64,000 nt of DNA from positions 185 to 64,184 of the forward strand of contig CAYYSJ010000004.1 in NCBI GenBank assembly GCA_964474445.1, in the 5' to 3' direction. The notes under the pieces were generated by a model. The model worked only from the letters and a program-made list of their open reading frames with translations. It was not told the DNA's origin and did no database searches. The position numbers were made by a program, and so were the translations under genes. Source of the DNA: an uncultured Gammaproteobacteria bacterium. GTDB taxonomy: Bacteria; Patescibacteriota; Microgenomatia; Levybacterales; UBA12049. This document shows, one piece after another, positions 37,679 to 49,700 of this stretch (position 1 is the first letter of the stretch; each line of letters starts with the position of its first letter).

Positions 37679-37975
37679 ATGCAAGACCAAACATTAACCT
37701 GTGCAGATTGCGGTAAGCAATTTACCTGGACAACTTCTGAACAAGAATTCTATCAATCAAAGGGATTTACTAATCCACCAAAGCGATGTCCTGATTGTCG
37801 AGTAGCTAAAAAAGCTCGAATGGGGGATAATCGTGGTGGATTTGGCGGAGGACAAAGACAATCTTTCCAAATTACCTGTGCCAATTGTGGAAGAACAGAT
37901 ACTGTTCCTTTCCAACCAAAAGGCGATAGACCAGTATTGTGCCGCGACTGCTTTAGACAGCAAAACGCACGATAA
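37679..37975 (+). CDS. Zinc-ribbon / CxxC-x17-CxxC protein
   Basis: LTCADCGKQF.WT..EQEFY..KGF.NPPKRCPDCR and CANCG....VPF.P...RPVLCRDCF; SD GAGGAGGTGA. Confidence 0.92.
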   Translation: MQDQTLTCADCGKQFTWTTSEQEFYQSKGFTNPPKRCPDCRVAKKARMGDNRGGFGGGQRQSFQITCANCGRTDTVPFQPKGDRPVLCRDCFRQQNAR

Positions 37976-38110
37976 CCTTAGTAGAAAGTAGTAAGTAGTA
38001 TGTGTTATGTAAAGAGACATCCTTACTACTTTTTATATGGGAAACAATTGCTACTTCGAGTTACTGTATGTTTTTATCGATAAAGAATGACAGGTCTTAA
38101 ATCCTAAATT

Positions 38111-40183
38111 CTATTTCCCAGGAGTTGGGGAAGGGGAAACCAATGGTAGCTGTTGCTTCTGTGGGGGAATAGTTGCCTGAGGAGCTGGTAGAGATAATTG
38201 TTGTTGCGTTTGCGTTGGTACTACTTTTGTTGGGGTAGCTCCTGAATTCTGGTTACCAGCTTTTGCCTGTAAATCATCTATTTCGCTTTGTACTTTAGCA
38301 CCATTTGTTTTATCAGATCCAATAAGTTGTTTCACAACTTGGAGTGCTGCTAATGCATTTTGATAATCCTGTTTTTGCAAATAGGAGTGTGCTATGTTGT
38401 AATATGCATTTGCATAATCTTGCTTTAGGTTAGCTGCAATTTGAAACTGGCGTATTGCATTATCATATTGTCCAAGCTGGTAATAGAGTCCTCCTAATGT
38501 TAAGTATTCCTGCGGATTCGTTGGGTCAAGAGCCACTGCTTGTTGGGTTGCAGCAATTGCAAAATTATCTGCATTTTGTCCAATACCAATAAGAGTTCTG
38601 TAGACAGATGCCAAATTCTGCCATTCAATTGATGATGCAGGAGAAAGAGTCGTTGCTGTCTTGCCAGCAGCGATTGCTTGCTGAATAAGGGTAAATGCTG
38701 TTTGTTGTGACTGAGCACTTGGGGAAGCTCCATTTCTTGTATTCAAAAGTAATAGAGAGTTAGCAAGTGCTATATTAGTTTGTGAAAAGATACGATAGTA
38801 TCCACTTCGATACGGAAAAGTAGTAATAGCTTGTGTCTCTAGTCTGTAAGCTACCGTCCCACTATTATTACTCGCTGAAACGAGCGCTTTTTGGAAAGTA
38901 AAATCTGACATAACAAAGGTCGTTGTATAAAATCCTGAAAAGACAACTATTGCTAAGAGGAAGACAAAAGCAAAAAGAGGTGTGATATTATTTTTCGATC
39001 GTTCTCCCTCACTTGGTGTTGAAAAACTAAATATACCTTTTTTCAATGTAACAAATTGAAATTCAACTTCAAAAAAACGTGTGTTATCATGTCGTACCTG
39101 AACCAAAGTAAAGACAGCTAACAAGAGAAACAGAAGTGTTACTATGGTGTAGGAAAAAGGCATTAAGAAGGAAATGGTCATTAAAAGAAGAAGCGCAATA
39201 TATGCAGGATTTTTAGTTTTGGATCCTTTGTATGATACTAATTTCACAATAAGGAAAATGTAGGAAAGGATGCCCACAATTCCTGTTGTTGCCAAAAGCT
39301 CAAGGAAAAAACTGGAAGATGTTCCAAAGGTAATATACCAAAGGGGATTTGCATTGAAGGAGATTGGCTTAAATCTGGTAAAAACTTCTACATAATTGCC
39401 AAATCCTGATCCAAAAAAGAATCCTTGCGCAACTCGTCCAGCATCTTGGGAAATTGCTGCAAATGCTGTCTGAAACCCTACTTCAAATGGCAAAAGGTTT
39501 GGCTTTTGGGAGGTAAATAGGAGATACACTGCTTCCAATAACCCAAGGAGGATAATCCCACCAAGTCCTGCAAACAATACCCCTTGAGTCGTTTGTCTCT
39601 TTTTTAATAAAGGAATAGAAAGTGTTGCCGCTATTATAAATAGTACAGCGAGATAGAGTGCCTGATCCAGATATGTCCCAAAAGGAGTGAATGTTGCAGA
39701 ATGTGTTGAGCTGAATGGCAGTAAATACACTTTATAATGATTAGCAAGACTTACAAGTCCTGCTAAGGCTCCACCACTTAACAGAGAAATAAGCAAAAAT
39801 CCAAGGCTGTTTTCTCGTCTTGAGGTGTTGTTAATAACAAAAAAGCCAAGGATGAGATATAGGTAGGGTACCGTTGCAATAAGGCTGTTGACCTTATCTA
39901 TTGCAAAAACAGAAGAAAGGAGTAATGCTACTCCGAAAAGCAGAACTGGAATATCAAATGGGGTACGACGGATTCGTACTTGACCATCTAGGAGCATTTT
40001 TACTCCCCATAACAAAAGAGATAATAGTACTACTCCTCCCAAAAGTATTTGCTTAGGTAAGACAATACCATCTGTTGTTAATGGAGTAAAGAATAGAGGG
40101 AACAGGAATAGGGAAATTCCCCAGATAAAAAGTAGTCCAGTTTCAAGATAGGTACTAAATTTTTGGCGAGTTTCAGCATTCAT
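38111..40183 (-). CDS. Polytopic membrane protein (O-antigen ligase/Wzy_C-like) with C-terminal TPRs
   Basis: About 12 TMs, FFGSGFGNY..F.RF, LELLATTG..G, TPR motifs (A..LDP.NP, LGGLYY, YANAYYN.A). Confidence 0.8.
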   Translation of the reverse strand: MNAETRQKFSTYLETGLLFIWGISLFLFPLFFTPLTTDGIVLPKQILLGGVVLLSLLLWGVKMLLDGQVRIRRTPFDIPVLLFGVALLLSSVFAIDKVNSLIATVPYLYLILGFFVINNTSRRENSLGFLLISLLSGGALAGLVSLANHYKVYLLPFSSTHSATFTPFGTYLDQALYLAVLFIIAATLSIPLLKKRQTTQGVLFAGLGGIILLGLLEAVYLLFTSQKPNLLPFEVGFQTAFAAISQDAGRVAQGFFFGSGFGNYVEVFTRFKPISFNANPLWYITFGTSSSFFLELLATTGIVGILSYIFLIVKLVSYKGSKTKNPAYIALLLLMTISFLMPFSYTIVTLLFLLLAVFTLVQVRHDNTRFFEVEFQFVTLKKGIFSFSTPSEGERSKNNITPLFAFVFLLAIVVFSGFYTTTFVMSDFTFQKALVSASNNSGTVAYRLETQAITTFPYRSGYYRIFSQTNIALANSLLLLNTRNGASPSAQSQQTAFTLIQQAIAAGKTATTLSPASSIEWQNLASVYRTLIGIGQNADNFAIAATQQAVALDPTNPQEYLTLGGLYYQLGQYDNAIRQFQIAANLKQDYANAYYNIAHSYLQKQDYQNALAALQVVKQLIGSDKTNGAKVQSEIDDLQAKAGNQNSGATPTKVVPTQTQQQLSLPAPQATIPPQKQQLPLVSPSPTPGK

Positions 40184-40343
40184 AGGCAGTATTCATTCAC
40201 TGTAACAATTAGAAAAGCATAATGTCAAGGATAAAATTAGCTACAGGTTTAACTGTAGTACCAGGCAGTTTTTGCCTTTGGTATGAGTCTTCGCTCATGT
40301 TATTGGGTAATCTTTCCAAGCTGTATCTGCCTTTCAAGCATAA

Positions 40344-40715
40344 TCAATTTTGTCTAGAATAGCCTTGGTAGAAGTTTTGTATGTTTTCTTTTTGTGAGTC
40401 ACTCAGATATGAATCAGAAAGCGCTTCAAGTGCTACCAGAACAGATAGTCCTTGAAATCCAAAGAGTATATAAACACCATAATACAAAAGATCCGTTCCC
40501 CACGCATTTGGAATCAATGTATATCCTTTCATTGTATAGGTATACGAATCAACAGAAGGAAGTGCATGATGCCGCCAGATATGTTTTCCAGTACTAAGAT
40601 GATGGAAGACATCTCCTTCTGTTCCAATAGGATGGAGGAAATACAGAAAAATACCAACGAAGTACAAGATAAAAAGGGTAAGGAAGGCAATCTTTCTGCT
40701 AGAGAAAAGCTTCAT
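40344..40715 (-). pseudogene. Truncated N-terminal fragment of a GT-C-like membrane protein
   Basis: D.F.HL..GK.I.....LP..D.Y.YT...W..DLLYY..Y...G..GL motif, then the frame degenerates. Confidence 0.6.
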
Positions 40716-40762
40716 AATAAAACTATTCTATACGAGACATAGGCCAAAGCAAACTGCCTGTT

Positions 40763-43700
40763 TTAGTTGATAATAAGCCAGTTAAAGGTGGTATCAATAT
40801 ATTGTTGGACTGGGATGCCCACTGTAAAGGACTTCCCACCAACTTGTCGAAGAAGATATGGTGTATAGGTCGTCTGGCCAACAGGCGTAATATAGATAAG
40901 AGACTTATCTGTCACCAATGGGTCATCAATAGTGACTTCCGTCTGGTGTGCTTTAATAGCTGCAGTACCAGCAGAGCCAGTTGCAACTACTTCTTTATCA
41001 CTCATTGCCAGAGCTGGTTGTACTGCATTGAAGTTAAGCTTTGCGATATTTGCTGCTCCAGATGCGATGACATTTCCAAGCTGGTCTATGTTGAAGATAC
41101 CAGAACCAGATGCATTCTGAACATTAAGAGTACTGGTTGCAAGAGCTGAGGCAGATGCTGAATTATCTCCAAGTCTTAAAGTGAGGTCTTTGTTATTAGC
41201 TAGTGGGGTAATAACATCTGCAGCCAAATTCTTTGCAAAGACTGCATTTCCTCCAACAGTTAAGTTACCATTGGTATCAATTGCGACAAGTCCTCCTTCA
41301 AAGACAACGTTTCCTTGTGCAAGACTTTGGATTTGGAATGTTCCACCTAAGACATTGACGGAATTGGCAGCGAGTATCAGTTGTGTTCCAATTGCCAATT
41401 GTCCCGTCACTGTCGTATCGGCAAGGGAAGTGGTACCAGTTGAGACAAGTCCCTGACCAAAGGTTGCCGTTGCTGCAGAGAGGTTTGGCACATATGCTAA
41501 GAAGCCAGAATACGAGGCTATGTTGGCATATCCTATCTGAGGACTTAGCAATCCTGAATTCGTGCTGCTAATAGAACTAGAGCCTATAACTGTATTCATC
41601 GGAGTAACGTTAGCAGATGGTGTGGCAAAGTAAATATTGGTGATATTTGTGATGTTTTGAGCAGATAATGTACCCACAGTTGCTTGAAGTCCAACAATGC
41701 TGTTAGCCTCAATTCTATTGGCGTGAAGTGTGCCAGAGACCGTAGCATCGCCATTTACTGCAAGATTTTGTGAGTTTAATTTTCCAGAAAATGTTGCATT
41801 ACCTGAATTATCGAAGCTAGCCACGGTTTGCTGTGAAATGGAATTCTTCACGCTTAGCCTGGAGTTTTCCAGGTTAAAAGCGATAGCTGAGGTAGACGCA
41901 AGTGGAGAAATAAGATTGGTGTGAATCTGGTCGACTTGACCAATGGGGGAGAGTGTTCCGTTTCCCCGTCCAGCCAGAACATCATTTACAATACCGGCAA
42001 CATAGTCATGTAGACTTTGTCCAGCAATAGAGACATTGTTGGTTGTAACAGCCAGACTCCCTGTAAGAACTTGTTGTGCTTGAACAGATCCTGCTCGAAG
42101 ATTCCCAACAACCAGCTCTAAGAAAGCACCCATTCGTGATACCGGATTGCCTAACACATCATTTAAGCTGTAATAGTGAGGAATAGTAAAGTCTGCAGAT
42201 GGAGAGGCATCAGTAATCTGCAGATCTCCAGTTGTAGCAAGGTAGACTTGTGGATCATACCAAGTTGATGTAGCATAAACATAGACTTGTCCACAAATTA
42301 CATTTGCTGGAGTTCCTGCAGGACAGGAGACAATCCCAACTTCTCCTGGTTCTCCATTTGAAGGGTCAAAGTTTTGCATTGCTTTCCCAACAATAAATCC
42401 TGCTTGAGTTGCTTTCATCCCATATCCTGCGATATTACTTGATGTAATAGCATCACCAGTTTTAATTGGGCCATTAATGGTAGAAACATAAACGGGTGCA
42501 CGACCAGCCAAATCAATTGGAGGACGATTGCTAGGAGTAATAGTAGAATTCTTACTTACAGTGACATGGTTTTCTTCAATAATAAGTGCTGGATGAGTTG
42601 AAGCAACACCTAATATTGCATGAGAGTAGGCTGTAGTAGTTTTTTGTACTAGTTTGCCGTTCGTAGATTCAGTTGTCCGTTGTGCTGCAGAAACGGATGC
42701 ATCGTAGTTTGTAATATCTATACCATTCCATGTCTTATCTGGTGAAGTTTCCACAATTTCACCAGGAGTGATAATTTGGTTCGACTTGTAAATTTCTGCG
42801 TAGTCAAAACTATGCCCAGAACCATCTAGGAAAACTGTTCCACCTCTCCAATTGATAAAAACGGGAGCAATACTCGTACAAATATTTACTCCCTGTAAAT
42901 ATCCACCACCATTGCTATTATCAGCGCCCATGTATAAGGTGTAGTTACCACAACCTCCACCATTTGCATCAATTTCAACACCATTATTTGCATGTTCATT
43001 GTTATTCCTATTACCAGTGTTATGATTATTAATATCTACCCAGTCTGCAGTGCTGTCATTCCCTATATTTACTTGGCTATCATTTCTAACACCAAAAACA
43101 TAACCATTGTTTCTATTATAGAGTCCAAAAACAGTGCCTCCTAAGCCTCCTACACCTGGTCCTAATGCCCACACATGGTCATTGCCGTTTGTTGAGGTTG
43201 GATTGCTTCCCACAGCTGTTGCTCCACTAATAAAAGCAATACTCGCTTCACTATTACTGCCTGTATCTGCAACTTGGAATACCCCCCATGGAGATGTCGT
43301 ATTCACAACAACAGTTTTTTGATCTGCTCCATTACCATTAATATATACCTGTTGTGTTGGATTAGTTGTTCCAATACCTACGTTGCCAGAACTATTGATC
43401 CATAAGGCATTATCATGGAAGGACTCGCTGTAGGTATTCGCATTCAACGATGTAGGTAGAACAGCAAACAGATTTTGCCATGCATCGCTACCACTTGCAG
43501 TATTATGGTAAAGGAAATTCCAGTTTGCATTTGCGCTTTCATTTGTTCCTCTTTCGTTGAAAAAATATCTGTTTAGATCTAGCTCATCACCAAAGATAAC
43601 TTGGTTGACACTCCAATTACCATTTCTATTTCCTCGTAATTCTAAGGTGGGAGCTCCAGAAGATTGGTATAATTGCAATTGATAGTTGGGATTCGCAGTC

Positions 43701-46700
43701 CCTATCCCTACTTGCCCATTAATAAGTGCCATTGTTGAACTTCCTGCTCCTCCATTGGTGTTGAACAATAGGTGTTGACTTGTTCCCTGTACTCTTAAGA
43801 CTAAATCATTTGCAATTGTATCGGTTGAATATTGACCACCTGAAGTTGCTAGTCCAAGTAGTCCTTCTACTGTGCCAGAGTTGTCTATAGCTATTCTTGG
43901 TGCATTTGTTCCGTTGAGGGTGATACCGGTGGCTACAGTCGTTGTATTTATATATAAGCTGTCAGTTGGATTCGTTGTCCCTATACCAACATTTCCTGCA
44001 ACGACAAGAGATGTTCCGGATGCTGCTGGATCTAAGAAGTAATTGGTGTTCTGTAAATCTTTAAATGAGGATGCTGTGATAACACCAGTATTACTTAATA
44101 TAAACTGTGTTGCTCCAGATGCTGAAGCTGTCATGATATCTCCTGCACCAGGCTGGTTAACCGTGATTGCTGCATTAACTCCTGTTGTATCTATGTTAAG
44201 AATAGTATTCCCAGATGCATTCTGAAATTGCATTGCAGTTGGGGAGTTGACAAGGGAGCGGGAGAGAAGATTACCATTACTATCAACTCGGAATGCGTCA
44301 GCAAATCGAGCAGAAGAGGTTGCTCCAAAAGCAAGATTATCAAGTCTTGTTGAGAGTTGATTTGTCACTCGAAGGACAGAGTCAATATTCACATTAGACT
44401 GGGTAAGATTTGTGCCAAATGGATTGTAGGACGATGCAAGAACTTCTTTGAGAAGGGTATCTTGTGTTTCCATCCACGTGTTTCCTGATCCTGCATTATT
44501 GGATCCGATAATAAGTCCTATGCCATTGCCATAGGATTGGCCAGCAGCAATACTTTGAACAAAATTATTATTGACACTTGTACTCCATGCTGTACCAACA
44601 TCGTCTTTAGTATTGATAGAAGTTGAATATAAGTCGGTTACTGTATCTGAATCAAGCCCAATAACAGAAACACCCCCGCCTTGAGTGCCGACATAAAGCT
44701 GACCGTTCTGCATATTTGCAGCAACTGCTGAAACATTGGAGTTTCCGTTTGCCAATTTCTGATTTGAGTCTGCTCCTGTTACAACTCCTCTGATTGTTTT
44801 ACTGGTATGATTTTGTAAAGCATGATATCCAACTTGATACATATGGATAATTGCTGAAGGAGTAAGAGCACTTGCTTTCACAAATGGTCCATCGATAGAG
44901 CCAGTAAACTTAGTTGATCCATCTCCGCCTGCCCCAATGCCGAAATTAGCTGTCCCAACTACAATAGAGCCTGAGGTTGTGAGCGAGCCAGCTAGGATAC
45001 CATCCCGATAGAGTTTGAAGGTTGTTCCGTCGTATGTTACCACAGCAAAATGCCAGTTATTATCATTGGACGTTTGAGTATCATCAATAATTCTTGTGCC
45101 TCCATTATTGATGGCTGCTCTCAGTTTACCAGCAGCAAGATCACCAATAGACAAAAGGTATGCAGGGGTTATTGAAGAGCCATCCCATTTAGTGACAATC
45201 CTTCCAGTGTTACCACTTGTTTTGTACCATGCTCCGTAAGACCAGGTCGTACCTCCAGAGTCAAGCTTAGATGCCCCTCCACAAGCAGCATTAGTACAAG
45301 ACAAATAAGCGGTTGACCCGTCAAACGTTAACGCTGTCCCCCTCACACCTGATGCAGAATAGGTAACCGATCCATTTGCCGTAAGGGTGATGCCTTTGAC
45401 TGATGCATCGTTGATATTTCCTGATGTTTCGTTGAATGGCCACATCCCACGTGTATCTCCCACCATATCATCAGTAATATAGTTACTGTTGTAGTACTTT
45501 ACAGAAGCGTTGGTTGGATCTCCTTTCTTGAGCTGGAAAGCCATAACAGATCCATTACTACCTTGAGCTCCAAGATAGACAGTATCAGAGATGCCATCGA
45601 CGATTGATGTACCTTCTGTCACAACCATAGAAGTTGGAACAAAGGTTGCGGATGTACTTGCAGGCCCGGCAGTCAAGGAAAGGGAAGAGAAAGTATTATT
45701 ATCTGTTGTTGTTGCACCATAATTTGTTGTTCCACCCTGATTAGCATAAACCTCATCAAAAAGAGTGTTATTGCCAGAACCATTCTGTGCGTTGTACTTA
45801 ATCTTTAAAGCATAGTTAGAAGCAGTCGATGAATTACCAACAGTGGCATATAATGTTCCTCTTGAGGTAAGCCAGACATTTTGAGCATTAGCATTTGGAC
45901 CGAAGTTGGCAACAAGGCTCAGTAGTGACTCATTAATAAGCGTAACAGCTCCATTAGTGCCACCGGCCGTTGCAAGGACAATATACGTTTGACCATTTAT
46001 CACGTTCACTGCCACATCATTGATGGTTGCATTTGGTGTATTGAGATAGATATTAGGCATCAAAGTGTAGGTTGTTGTGCTATTTCTTCCTGAGATGTTG
46101 GTATTTGAATTCACAAAGTATTGTCCAGCATTACTGGAAGATAGGATCTTATAAGAAGTATCATGCTTGAAATCAATAACGTAGAAGCCTCCTACTGAGC
46201 CATTATTCCCAAAGTAAATTTCTCCATTAAGAGCGGCAATACTGGAGCCAGTAGAATTAGTGGTTGGACCAATCATTTGCTCGGTTGCTCCAGAGCCTTT
46301 GTTAAATGCCATCCATAAAGAATTATCTTTTGCATCAAAAATATATAAATTAGTTGTGGTGACGACGAGGATTGCTTTTCGTGGGAAAGCCTGCTGGCCA
46401 CATCTGGTATTTGTCCCAATAACACAGGTATCAGCTGTGGTTCGAGACTCGTTGTACCAAGAAGATGCGGGAGCCTTGTCATCATTTGTCCAACGACCAC
46501 CATCTGAGTCTTTTGAGGTATCATAGAAAAGAACTTTTTGGATATTTGAAATACTTTGGAGATTTTTGTGCCCACCAATAGTGAGGTCTCGATTATCAAG
46601 AGTCATGTATGAATGATCTGATGAGGCAACATTAATAACCTTGCTCGCAGCAGGGAGAACTCCTGCATTGTTATTAACTTTTGGATCATTTGGTGTAATC

Positions 46701-49700
46701 GCAACAGTTCCAATATTGACGCCTGATCCAAATACCTGGAAATGAGCAGAGGCAGTTGAATTACCCCCTATTACTAAGTCATTGTTTGTGTTTGAAGGAG
46801 CAAGTACGCCACCATTGGAAAGTTGCCAGAATCCAGCAATACCGCCATTGGCAGGAGTGACAATTTGTCTGACATAAAGAGTATTCCACTCTTTACCGCC
46901 TTGTGTTGGATCAGAGCCTAAATTATAGGTATCTGTTACATTTGGAATAAGACTATTTTTAATAGTACCGTCATTAGCAATGGTAAAAAGAGGAGTTCCG
47001 GATGTAGATGCAGTAAAGACGTCTCCTAGCCCAGATTGATTAACAACAAAGGTCGCATTGCCAAGAGAGTTCTTTGAAATAGTAAGCCCACTTGAAGCAA
47101 GGGGGGATGTTGTCCCTATTCCAACACTACCACCGTTATTGATGTATAAGCGACTAGCATTATTTAGTACATCATAAATATTAAAGTAGTCAGCAGTTGT
47201 ATTTGGGTCATACACTTCAAGTTTAAATCCACGGAACTGATTGTTTTGTGGGGATATACGTATTGACCCATAATTATCTGTTACTGGTCTTTGTCCGATT
47301 ACAAGGTTATCAAAATTAGGATCAATAGTACTGGCTGTTGCTGATATTATCGCTTGCCCTCGAACATCAAATTTTGCACCAGGGGCGTTTGTCCCAATGC
47401 CAATATTACTGCTTGCTGCAAGGAAGAGAGATGGAGTGGAAAGTGTTATTCCTTTATCTCCACCAACTGAATTATAGAAGGCAAGAGTACCGCCATTAAG
47501 GGAGTTAACTGCAGTTGCAGAGCCTCTAAAGGTTATATTTCCTGATGTACTTGCTGTTCCAGCTGGAACTGTTCCTAAGTCATTTGTATAGGAATTGCTA
47601 AAGATTTGGAACTTTGCAGAAGAAGTAGACGTCCCACCAATTGCTAGGTCATCGGTAATAGTAAATGGTGAAACAACCTGATTAAACCTCTGCCAGAGAC
47701 CATCATAAGTCCCAGATATAAAAAGATTTGTGATGTAGGCTGAGCCAAAGTTGTTTGTTGCTGAGCCTAAGTTAATAGTTGCAGCGGTTGGAATAATACT
47801 ATTTGAGAATTGGCCATTTGGGAAAATAGTATTTGTACCTGATGAGCCAAGGATGAGATTTCCTCTAAAGGTATTTGTTCCATTTGCATTTCCCAGATTT
47901 ATTCCATTTGTTGCCCCTCCACCGATATTAAGAGTAGTTGCTGTAGTATCAAAGAGCCCAACTGTGCCTTGAGTTGTTTTAATATTTGCACCACCTAATG
48001 TGAGGTCCCCATTGTTATTCAACTGAAGCTGAGTTGTGAGGCCACTATCACCACCCACTGAAGTTTGAACTTTCAAGATACTACCGTTTAATAAGTTAAC
48101 ATTAGTCATTGCTCCTCTAAAGGAAAGTCCTCCGGATGAGGTGGCTGTGCCTGCTGTGTTGATTCCTTGGGTGGTGGCAAACACTTGCCAAGGAGTGGCA
48201 GAGCCTGTTGCGTTACCACCGACTGCTAAGTCATTCCATGCGTTGACGGGGGAGAGGACGTTACTTGTTAATTGCCAGAACCCTGATGTTCCACCGCCAA
48301 CTGGTGCAATGAAGTTATTTGCATAGACAGTTCCCCAATAGTGAGTTGGATCACCAAGGTTAATCGTTGTTGATGAAGGTAAAACATTCTGGTTAACCAG
48401 GCCGTTGATGGTTACTGTGTTGCTTGTATTTGTTCCTAGAGTAGTATTCCCATTCACAGACAAAGCTCCTTGCACTGTTGTTGTTCCGCTTACATTGCCA
48501 ATATTGAGTGTTGTTGCTGCTCCACCAAAGGTGATTGAGGTTGGAGTACCAAAGAGTGTGAGTGTTGAACGATTATCATCAATAGTTGGTGTTCTAAAGG
48601 TTGTCGTTCCCGTTGTTGCACCAATCGTGAGTGTTGATGCAGAACCTGCAAAGGTAAGATTAGATGGAGTCCCAAGTAGAGTAAATACACTTGTTGTTGT
48701 ATCAAGAGTTGGTCCATTGACTATGACATTGCCAGTAGCATTATGAGGAGTAAGAGTAATATCACCTGTTGTGCTCCCGCCAACTGTAAGGTTTGCAAAG
48801 TTCGCTGTCTGAATGGTTCCATTTGCTGTTATATAGGTAGAATTTCCGTTCAATCCGCTTGAAACAGATGCAGTTGGTGTTCCAGATCCTATCATGTTCA
48901 GGACAGCAAATTTTGCGGAATTGGTTGCGCTGCCACCAACAAACAAATCAACTGTGCTATTAACCGGATAAATTGCACCGTTAATAGTATCAAGCGTCCA
49001 CCAGCTTCCATTTGTTCCAGTACCGCAACTTCCCCAAGTAGGATTTGCTCCACCAATAAGACATTGGTTCGTTCCTCCTGTTGGTGTTTGTTTAAACAGT
49101 CCAGTAGTATCTGCGTAAAGAACACCACCATTATTGGTATAATTTGTAGATAAAATAGCCCCAGAGTTTTGGAGTCTGAATTTGGTTGTACCAGAAGATG
49201 AGGCCGTTAATAAATCGCCAGCAGAATTCAAAACATTAATAATTACCCCTGCATTTCCTAACGTATTCTTTTCTATATCTAAAGCAGTTGCAGTAAAAGG
49301 TGCAGCTCCAATCCCAAGTGTTCCAGTAATTTGTGATGCCCCAGCACCATTGACATTAAGTGTCCCAGCAATTTGTGATGTTCCCGTACCGTTGACAGTA
49401 AGTACTCCTGCAATGGTGAGAGCACCAGCATTGGTAATCTTATTTGAAGAACTGAAAAATTGGATGTCTCCTCCTGTTGTATTTGTGCCAAGCGTGATTG
49501 TTCCTGTTCCGGCTAAGATAGCAAGAGTATTATTGCTTGTTGTCGTAATTGTTGGATTCGTACCGGTAAGAGCAACCGTTGCAGCAGCAAGGCTGACTGT
49601 TCCTAACCCATTATTTGGTGAAAGGGTAATACCACCAGTTGTATTACCTCCAATGGTAAGTGGCAAACTATTCGTTGTTTGGACACTGCCTGTAGTGTTA